32,000 nt of DNA from NCBI RefSeq assembly GCF_015182315.1, contig NZ_PRDL01000001.1, positions 1,460,580 to 1,492,579 of the forward strand. Direction: 5' to 3'. The notes beneath the pieces were generated by a model. It was not told where the DNA came from and made no database searches. It worked only from the letters and a program-made list of their open reading frames with translations. Of the stretch, positions 16,101 to 22,431 are shown one piece after another. Source of the DNA: Cellvibrio polysaccharolyticus (GTDB taxonomy: Bacteria; Pseudomonadota; Gammaproteobacteria; Pseudomonadales; Cellvibrionaceae). Each line of letters begins with the position of its first letter. Position 1 is the first letter of the stretch. The translations under genes were made by a program, and so were the position numbers.

Positions 16101-17270
16101 TTACAAAATGAACTGGAGACCCAGGGTCGTTTGATAATTATCTTGCAGTACCGGTGTAGACGGATGCGGGTTGGCATAGTCGTATTCGCGGTGTTCAAGG
16201 GTAATTTTCAAACTCTGTCCGTTGATGTAATAGTTGGCACCAAAGGCGTTAACGCGGCGATCCAGTAATCCGCCGGGCAGCTGGTATTCAGAGCCATCGT
16301 GGCGGGCGAAAAACTGCAAACGACCAGGGCCGACCGGGTTGGGTAACAAGTAACCGGCTTTTACGTAAAAGCCTTCCAGCTCGGTGGTGGTGGGCAGCAG
16401 CGGGTCAGGGGATTTGTTGATCGCGTTACCCAGACCATAATCGAAATATGCGGCCGACAAGGTGTAGGTACCACTTTTAAAGGGGTACTCAAAAAACGCA
16501 TCGGCGGTCCAGGCTTTGTAATCCTGAATGCCGGTTTTTTGATCGTAATCATCATAGGCCGCATCGGCCTGGAAATCGTAAGCAACACCAAAGGTGAGAA
16601 TTTTACGAGTACCCAGATACGTGCCGCGATAACCGTAATCGTATTCCGGATCCAATGCGCTCCAGTGCAAACGGGTCGTCACGCGGGGTGATTTTTTCGG
16701 TACTACCTCGCCTTCACGGCCATCGGCAACCAATACCCGGTATTGGAATGCTGCATCGCTCAGGTTGCCCCAAATGGCGAGGCCGGTATCACGCGAGCCG
16801 GCAAAGGGGGTGTAAGAGGCATCGCCACGATCCAGTGATAAGGGCTCAAGACAGGCTTCGAGATTTTCACGGGAAAAGGTATTTTTAAAACGGCCAACAA
16901 TGAAACGCAGTTCATCGGTGTAATCCAGTGTTATATAAGCATCGCGGTAATAAATTTCGCGATCGTCATTACCGGCCTTGCTGTCGTTACCGGATTCCAG
17001 CTGTGCATAAAAACCGATGTAATCATTGTACTGGCCACTGAAGGTAAGCCGGTTGCGACGCAAATAAACGTCGGTGCTGGAACCATCATGCGTGGCGGAT
17101 GTGTAACTGCTGTTGGTTGCCCAGACTTGCAGTGCGTAGTTAATTTGCAGAGAGCTGTTTTCACCGAACTCAATAATCGGGCCCGCTTGACTTACAGCAG
17201 GTAACACCGCTGCCGCCGCCAAACCGGCCAGCAAGGAACGGCGAAATGAACGTGTATGTTTTTTTTTCAC
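16101..17270 (-). CDS. Outer-membrane beta-barrel / porin-like protein (operon gene 4)
   Basis: GTG 17270 gives the signal peptide VKKKHTRSFRRSLLAGLAAAAVLPAVSQA|GP. Alternating amphipathic strands rich in Y/F/G, an LRRNRLTFSG motif reminiscent of OprO/P-type porins, and an aromatic-rich C-terminus (LGLQFIL). The ORF-track ATG 17336 would overlap the upstream gene by 53 nt. Confidence 0.7.
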   Translation of the reverse strand: MKKKHTRSFRRSLLAGLAAAAVLPAVSQAGPIIEFGENSSLQINYALQVWATNSSYTSATHDGSSTDVYLRRNRLTFSGQYNDYIGFYAQLESGNDSKAGNDDREIYYRDAYITLDYTDELRFIVGRFKNTFSRENLEACLEPLSLDRGDASYTPFAGSRDTGLAIWGNLSDAAFQYRVLVADGREGEVVPKKSPRVTTRLHWSALDPEYDYGYRGTYLGTRKILTFGVAYDFQADAAYDDYDQKTGIQDYKAWTADAFFEYPFKSGTYTLSAAYFDYGLGNAINKSPDPLLPTTTELEGFYVKAGYLLPNPVGPGRLQFFARHDGSEYQLPGGLLDRRVNAFGANYYINGQSLKITLEHREYDYANPHPSTPVLQDNYQTTLGLQFIL

Positions 17271-17283
17271 TTGAAAAATACCT

Positions 17284-17856
17284 TTATTCCAGATGTTCGA
17301 ATAAACGTGGGCTGATAGTGCGCCACGTATCGGCAAGATCTTTTACTTCGCCGGCGGCGTGACAACTGCCACAGGTTTTCTCCGGCACGGTTAATGGGTT
17401 AACCACGAGATTTTTGTGAGCAATTTCCTGCTTGAGAATGCGCGGGTTACCCTGGTGACAACCGGTACAGGAATAATTCACCTTGGCGTGTTGGTGGTGC
17501 CAGGGTGCGATATCCGGCGTGCTCTCGGGCAGCGCAGCACGTTTGCCGTTGTGGCAACGAAAGCAGCTGGAGGCACCCAGGCCGCAAGCATTGGCCAGCG
17601 CTACCGGCGAAAATTGTTGCGCCTGGCTTTTTACGATATCAATGGCTTCAACGCCCCACCCGCTGTGTGCTGCGACCAGTTCATTCACCGCGTCGGACGC
17701 GGCTGTATCCGGTTGCGTGGTCGCTTGCAATAACAGCGAGCTGATGCCGATAACCGAGGTGACGGTAACCACCGCCAACCAGCCGGTTGCACTGATCAAT
17801 GTCAGCTTGCCGGCATTTTTAAGATGTCGGTTTAAAATGTTAATAAGTGCTTTCAC
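17284..17856 (-). CDS. Membrane-anchored trihaem c-type cytochrome (operon gene 3)
   Basis: Three CxxCH motifs (CFRCH, CTGCH, CGSCH). A long N-terminal hydrophobic segment LTLISATGWLAVVTVTSVIGISSLLL. GTG start with a TAAGG SD that overlaps the upstream stop codon. Confidence 0.8.
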   Translation of the reverse strand: MKALINILNRHLKNAGKLTLISATGWLAVVTVTSVIGISSLLLQATTQPDTAASDAVNELVAAHSGWGVEAIDIVKSQAQQFSPVALANACGLGASSCFRCHNGKRAALPESTPDIAPWHHQHAKVNYSCTGCHQGNPRILKQEIAHKNLVVNPLTVPEKTCGSCHAAGEVKDLADTWRTISPRLFEHLE

Positions 17857-17867
17857 GGTTATATGCC

Positions 17868-18170
17868 TTAATTTTTTTGCAGAGCTTCAAGTTTTTTTGA
17901 ATTGCGTTTCTGGCTCGCCATGATGTCGTTTTCAGTCAGGCCGTCTGCGCACATGCACACCGGACCGTCGCGAAAACGCAAGCGACTGCCTTTTTTCTTC
18001 GCTGGCTGATCGTCTGCTTTTTCTGCGTCCTGCTGTACCGGTTGTGCTTGTGCAGTTGTCGATGACGCAGCGTTTTCTGTTTCTGCAAAAACAGGGGCAG
18101 CCAATCCAAAAAACAGTACAACCGACATCAAACGAAGAGAGAAACACATCGTGAATGGTGGGTGATACAT
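17868..18170 (-). CDS. Small secreted protein with CMC motif (operon gene 2)
   Basis: GGAGG lies 5 nt before ATG 18170. Signal peptide ...LMSVVLFFGLAAPVFA|ETE. The roughly 70-aa mature part is charged and probably disordered, with a single PVCMCADG motif. No homology recognised. Confidence 0.6.
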   Translation of the reverse strand: MYHPPFTMCFSLRLMSVVLFFGLAAPVFAETENAASSTTAQAQPVQQDAEKADDQPAKKKGSRLRFRDGPVCMCADGLTENDIMASQKRNSKKLEALQKN

Positions 18171-18188
18171 ACTTGCCTCCGTAGCGAA

Positions 18189-18208
18189 GAGGGTGACGAA
18201 GCACCCTC
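18189..18208 (-). other. Intercistronic 7-bp GC hairpin between operon genes 1 and 2
   Basis: gagggtg-N6-caccctc seen directly in the 47-nt spacer. No U-run follows on the minus strand, so it is more likely an mRNA stability/processing element or attenuator than a terminator. Confidence 0.4.
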
Positions 18209-18217
18209 CGTTAACGA

Positions 18218-19771
18218 TTAACCGCCGCAGGGGTTAGGTGGCAGAACCACGCCGCCGCCATTACCGGCACTGCTGCTACTGCTACTGCTACTGGAGCCGC
18301 CGCCATTACCGGTATCCGGTGTGGTGGCTGGCGTGATGTAGGCTTTGTCTTCCGCAATAATGGCGTTGGTGTTATCGCCGTAGGGGTCAATAATACGCGG
18401 TGCGGTGTTGGTGAAATCTGCACCACGCGCGTTGATCAGCTCCGGCTTGTTGGGGAAGTAAGGGCCTGAGAGTTCATCGGTTCTCCAGGGCGAGTCAGCG
18501 GGCAAAACGGGGTTGCCATTTTTATCGAGCGCACCACCGGTCAGTGAATTCCACTCAATCATTGCCGCATCGTACAAACGGGTTGGCAGGCCGAGAATCA
18601 CCGCACTGGCTACCTGGGAAACCGCAGCGCGAGCAGAGGTTTCACACCACAAATACACCAGGTCGCCATTTTGATAGGCGTTGCCAAAACCGAGACGCTG
18701 GTAGGTGCCGTCAACAAAGCCACGGCCAAAGGCGTCGGCACCACCGGTGATGTAATTGCGCAAATCTGCTTTGCTCTTGTACAGGCCGGTTGAGGTGTCA
18801 ATCAGGTTGGTCCAGTTCAACTGCACCGAACCACGTGGATGGCCCTGACGGCTGCCACCATTCTGGAAGCTGCTGTAGCGTTGTTCCTGAGTCAGGGTTT
18901 GCCCCGATTCGGTAGCTTCGCCAGCGCTGTACTGATCCAGGCTACGGCCATCCCACAGGAATACGCCGTCCTGAGTGTCGTTTTCATCGCGCAGTGGCAG
19001 CACGTTAATAACGTCTTCCAGCGTGGCTTGCAGAACGGTGTTATCCACTAACAGATCGCGAATGCTGGAAACCTGCTTGTTGATAATCGGGCTTGGCTGT
19101 ACCGCAACCGCACTGGAGAAAGGTTGTGCGGTAAAGTCAGCGGCTGTCCAGTTGCTGCCAAGGTGATTGTTGCCACCGTTCAGTACCGCGAGATTTTTTT
19201 GATCAACGCCCCAGTAACGGAAGGTGTACCAGCAGCGACCCTGATCCATCGCGGCGTTGCCGCCGGTGCCTTGGGCACAAACAATCAAATCGTTTTTAAC
19301 ATCAATGCCGTAACGACGAATCAACTTATCGGTCGTGGGGCCGGAGATAACAATGCCGGCAATTTCGGTTACGCCATTAACGCGCGGTTCTCTCCAGTTA
19401 CTTTCCAGATAAGTGAAAACCTTTTTGTTATCCGGTTTGATAAATTCATAACCGACCGGCCCACGGGTTGCCTGAATAATAACCAGCTTGCCGGTGATGC
19501 CGGCCGGGCGTTGGTTTTCCCAATCGTTAATCCAGCGCTTGAGCGTGGCACCGGTAACAAGGCCATTGACGTTATCGTCGTAGTTTTCTGCCGATTCCTG
19601 CGCGATATCCGCCGGTGTATTTACCAGCAAGGTGGGCTTTGGCTCAGGTGTAACCACCGGTGTGGTGTCTTTACTGCGTTCACCGCCACAACCGATTACT
19701 GACAGGCTCAAAGCAATGGCCAATAAGGTGGCCGATTTGCCGGGGCCGTTTTTTCCAATCAAATTTTTCAT
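18218..19771 (-). CDS. Lipoprotein with tandem rhodanese-like domains and a C-terminal Ser/Gly linker ending -PCGG (operon gene 1)
   Basis: Lipobox SVIGC. Domain 1 ends with the classic inactive-rhodanese pattern RCWYTFRYWGVDQKNLAVLNGG. Domain 2 has GHPRGSVQLNW, the active-site-like loop YLWCETSARAA and ...YDAAMIEWN. The tail is TGNGGGSSSSSSSSSAGNGGGVVLPPNPCGG-stop. Confidence 0.75.
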   Translation of the reverse strand: MKNLIGKNGPGKSATLLAIALSLSVIGCGGERSKDTTPVVTPEPKPTLLVNTPADIAQESAENYDDNVNGLVTGATLKRWINDWENQRPAGITGKLVIIQATRGPVGYEFIKPDNKKVFTYLESNWREPRVNGVTEIAGIVISGPTTDKLIRRYGIDVKNDLIVCAQGTGGNAAMDQGRCWYTFRYWGVDQKNLAVLNGGNNHLGSNWTAADFTAQPFSSAVAVQPSPIINKQVSSIRDLLVDNTVLQATLEDVINVLPLRDENDTQDGVFLWDGRSLDQYSAGEATESGQTLTQEQRYSSFQNGGSRQGHPRGSVQLNWTNLIDTSTGLYKSKADLRNYITGGADAFGRGFVDGTYQRLGFGNAYQNGDLVYLWCETSARAAVSQVASAVILGLPTRLYDAAMIEWNSLTGGALDKNGNPVLPADSPWRTDELSGPYFPNKPELINARGADFTNTAPRIIDPYGDNTNAIIAEDKAYITPATTPDTGNGGGSSSSSSSSSAGNGGGVVLPPNPCGG

Positions 19772-20042
19772 CGTGTGTGTGTTTTCCTGTTACGAATGTC
19801 TTGATGGTATGAGGAGAGCCGTAATAGAACTGCAAGCCATTCGGAGAGGGCGTTGAGCTATAAGGGTGATGTATTACGGTTGCCAATCTGACGTTTTACG
19901 GAATGAGGGGTGTTGCGGATTTTCCTTCTCTCTGCAAAAGGCGTTAATAGCTTTTGCAACTCACTCGCTCGTATTTCAACTGCATCGTTCCTGTTTTTTG
20001 TCATCGTCCTGATTTTTGTGCAGGTGTCAGTGAGCAGGTTTT

Positions 20043-20058
20043 TGCAGCATCTGTGCCA
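20043..20058 (-). promoter_or_regulatory. Sigma-54 (-24/-12) promoter for the eight-gene operon
   Basis: The minus strand reads TGGCAC-AGATG-CTGCA, against the consensus TGGCAC-N5-TTGCW. GG (20057/20056) and GC (20045/20044) have the canonical spacing. A sigma-54 activator gene is divergent. It lies about 270 nt upstream of the first ATG. Confidence 0.6.
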
Positions 20059-20111
20059 GAAAAGTTTTTTGTGAGCGAATGCACGGTTTTTAAAGCATAT
20101 TACGCGACTTG

Positions 20112-20127
20112 AAGAAAATATTTTCTT
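20112..20127. promoter_or_regulatory. 16-bp AT-rich perfect palindrome AAGAAAATATTTTCTT (candidate bending/IHF-type site)
   Basis: Perfect palindrome seen directly, 54-69 nt upstream of the -24 element, between the promoter and the GCAGCA palindromes. It does not match the IHF consensus well. Confidence 0.3.
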
Positions 20128-20156
20128 TCAGAAAAAAATCATAATGTGTTGAATAA

Positions 20157-20173
20157 GCAGCATGAGTTGCTGC
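20157..20173. promoter_or_regulatory. Inverted repeat GCAGCA-N5-TGCTGC (candidate enhancer/UAS for the sigma-54 activator)
   Basis: Perfect 6-bp arms, about 100-115 nt upstream of the -24 element. The TGCAGC/GCTGCA half-site recurs at 20224-20231 and 20268-20275. Confidence 0.35.
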
Positions 20174-20185
20174 CTGGTGGTCAGT

Positions 20186-20201
20186 TGTTGATTAATCAAC
20201 A
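20186..20201. promoter_or_regulatory. 16-bp perfect palindrome TGTTGATTAATCAACA
   Basis: Seen directly in the divergent intergenic region. Binding protein unknown. Confidence 0.3.
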
Positions 20202-20223
20202 TACCTCTTGCTGAATAATAAAC

Positions 20224-20275
20224 AATGCAGCTATAAGCTAATAACCCGAAGTTAATTACCTTCGGTTGCTGCATT
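20224..20275. promoter_or_regulatory. Nested inverted repeats AATGCAGC...GCTGCATT enclosing CCGAAG-N8-CTTCGG
   Basis: 8-bp outer arms (20224-20231 / 20268-20275) and 6-bp inner arms (20246-20251 / 20260-20265), seen directly. Could be a second UAS or the operator/leader of the activator gene. Confidence 0.3.
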
Positions 20276-20419
20276 TGATATATTGCATGTAGACGCAGTC
20301 AGTGAAAGATATTTTCTATCTTCACCAAAGCACTGTTCGGTGAACAAGCAGTTTGATTTTCAAACGCATTCACTCCCTTCCGGAACGGAGTCCCTGATAC
20401 TGACTTTATCGAGCTCACC

Positions 20420-21526
20420 TTGCCACTGCTTACCAACCCTGATGATAAATCTGTCGATGCCAGAACGCTGGTTCGCGAACGCGCTACCGCGTTGGTGTTT
20501 GAAGACCCAACCTCCTGTGAGTTGCTGGCCCGCATAGAGCGACTTGCGCCCAGCGAAGCCAGTGTATTAATTACCGGCGAAACTGGCACCGGTAAAGAAT
20601 TGGTGGCGAGGCATGTGCATCAATTAAGCCGCCGATCGCAGCGCCCCTTTGTGGCATTAAACTGCGGTGCGCTCACTGAATCCCTGATTGAAAGCGAGCT
20701 GTTTGGTTACGAAAAAGGCGCTTTTACCGGTGCCTTGACATCGCGCCCGGGCTGGTTTGAAGAAGCCCATGGCGGTACGCTGTTTTTGGACGAAATTGGT
20801 GATTTACCCTTTTCCATGCAAGTAAAATTATTGCGTGTGCTTCAGGAAAAAGAAGTGGTGCGGCTGGGGTCGCGGGTCAGCCATCCGGTGGATGTAAGAA
20901 TTATCGCGGCAACCAACATCAATTTATTTGACGCAGTCGCTGCCGGTCACTTTCGTGCAGACCTGTTCTACCGCATCAATGTTGCTACGCTCAATCTGTT
21001 GCCCTTGCGAAAACGTCGCGGCGATATTATGCCGCTGGCACGACATTTCGTGACGCAATATTGCAAACGACTGGGGCATAACAGCGCGCAGATCAGTGAA
21101 GCCGCAGAAACCGCCCTCATGGCTCACCTATGGCCTGGCAATATTCGTGAATTGGAAAATGTCATTCATTACGGCCTGCTGGTGTGCCGGCAGGGGCGTA
21201 TTCAGGCGGGTGATTTGCATCTGTCGCGCTTGCAGGTTCCTGCAGAAAATTCCATTGCCTTCGGTGCAACAGAAAGCCCTTCTATCGAATCCCGCATGGC
21301 GTCATTGCTGGCAGAATTGTTTGAAGAGCAGCGAACCGGTTTATACGATTCCCTTGAGGAAATGCTTGTAAAAACAGCCTGGCAATATTGTCATGGCAAC
21401 CAGAGCCGGGCGGCAAGATTGTTGGGTATCAGCCGCAATATCTTCCGCGCCCGTCTGGCGCGCGCCGGTGTTATTGGAGTTTCCGATTCGACCAGTGAAG
21501 AAGCCTGGTTACCCAATGCGCTTTAG
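20420..21526 (+). CDS. Sigma-54-dependent transcriptional activator (bEBP) lacking an N-terminal sensor/receiver domain
   Basis: AAA+ sigma-54 interaction domain (Walker [15 protein letters not shown], Walker [16 protein letters not shown]). C-terminal Fis-type HTH ([23 protein letters not shown]). Only about 45 aa precede Walker A. A stop lies 21 codons upstream in frame, and the only start is TTG 20420 (or TTG/GTG about 25 codons later). Confidence 0.85.
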   Translation: MPLLTNPDDKSVDARTLVRERATALVFEDPTSCELLARIERLAPSEASVLITGETGTGKELVARHVHQLSRRSQRPFVALNCGALTESLIESELFGYEKGAFTGALTSRPGWFEEAHGGTLFLDEIGDLPFSMQVKLLRVLQEKEVVRLGSRVSHPVDVRIIAATNINLFDAVAAGHFRADLFYRINVATLNLLPLRKRRGDIMPLARHFVTQYCKRLGHNSAQISEAAETALMAHLWPGNIRELENVIHYGLLVCRQGRIQAGDLHLSRLQVPAENSIAFGATESPSIESRMASLLAELFEEQRTGLYDSLEEMLVKTAWQYCHGNQSRAARLLGISRNIFRARLARAGVIGVSDSTSEEAWLPNAL

Positions 21527-21605
21527 TGACTCAACAAATAGCTTTGAATAGCCGTTGTTTAACTGGCTTTTATTGACACTATTATTTATTCAGGACAGAT
21601 GGATT

Positions 21606-22430
21606 ATGAGTCTTTTCCCTTTATTACTACAGCCGGCAGAGTTGGCTGGCCGTTTGAACGAACCGCGATTGCTGATTCTTGATGTAGGTAAAGAAGCTAT
21701 CTATCAACAAGCGCACCTGCCAGGCGCTATTTTTCTGGATTACCGGCGACTGCAAAAAGGCGTACCTCCAGCACCAGGTTTGTTGCCGGAGGCCGAAGCT
21801 ATTGCGCAATTATTTTCCGATATCGGCTTGCAGGCAGATACTCACGTAGTGGCTTATGACGATGAGGGCGGCACCCGCGCTGCGCGTTTATTGTGGTTGC
21901 TGGATGCCGCCGGGCATCAGCATTACAGTTGGTTGAACGGCGGTATTCACGCGTGGCTGGATGAAGATTTGCCGATCGAAACCGAAGCGGTTTATGCCAT
22001 CCCTTCGCAGGTTACTGCTGCCCAACTGGATTTGAAGCCACAAGTCGATCTTGAATATCTGCTGGCGCATTACCAGGATGAGAACCTGGTTATATGGGAT
22101 GCGCGCACGGCGGAAGAATTTGCCGGAAGCCGTGTGATGGCTGCGCGTGGCGGACACATTCCGGGGGCGGTCAATTATGATTGGTCGTTGTTAATTGATC
22201 CTGCGCGAAACAATCGTCTGCTGCCGCTGGAAACTATTCAGAAACAACTGTCGGCGTTGGGTATCGACTCATCAAAAACGGTAATCACCCACTGCCAGAC
22301 GCACCATCGCTCAAGTTTCAGTTGGCTGGCCGGAAAAATTCTCGGATTCAAACAAATTTTCGGCTATCCGGGTGCCTGGTCAGAGTGGGGTAATAACCCG
22401 GATACACCGGTAGCGGTAGGCAAGGATTGA
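21606..22430 (+). CDS. Cytoplasmic tandem-domain rhodanese (thiosulfate sulfurtransferase), RhdA-type active site
   Basis: Two rhodanese domains with the active-site loop HCQTHHRSS, identical to the CQTHHR loop of Azotobacter RhdA as I recall it. ATG 21606 is preferred over the TTG at 21555 (the added residues look non-native). Confidence 0.85.
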   Translation: MSLFPLLLQPAELAGRLNEPRLLILDVGKEAIYQQAHLPGAIFLDYRRLQKGVPPAPGLLPEAEAIAQLFSDIGLQADTHVVAYDDEGGTRAARLLWLLDAAGHQHYSWLNGGIHAWLDEDLPIETEAVYAIPSQVTAAQLDLKPQVDLEYLLAHYQDENLVIWDARTAEEFAGSRVMAARGGHIPGAVNYDWSLLIDPARNNRLLPLETIQKQLSALGIDSSKTVITHCQTHHRSSFSWLAGKILGFKQIFGYPGAWSEWGNNPDTPVAVGKD

Positions 22431-22431
22431 C

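Noticed and set aside
18218-18240. Idea that the -PCGG C-terminus of the rhodanese lipoprotein is a GlyGly-CTERM signal for the nearby rhombosortase-like protease
   Set aside because: GlyGly-CTERM requires a transmembrane helix and a basic cluster after the GG. Here the protein ends at GG.
12084-19771. Search for in-frame TGA (selenocysteine) or frameshift interruptions in the operon, prompted by the YedE/YedF-selenium link
   Set aside because: All eight ORFs are uninterrupted and abut one another. No split gene or SECIS-like context was seen.
19773-19782. (GT)5 dinucleotide run between the weak SD and the ATG of the first operon gene, considered as a phase-variation switch
   Set aside because: Five units is too short to argue for slipped-strand switching. 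A change there would alter only the SD-ATG spacing. Noted, not claimed.
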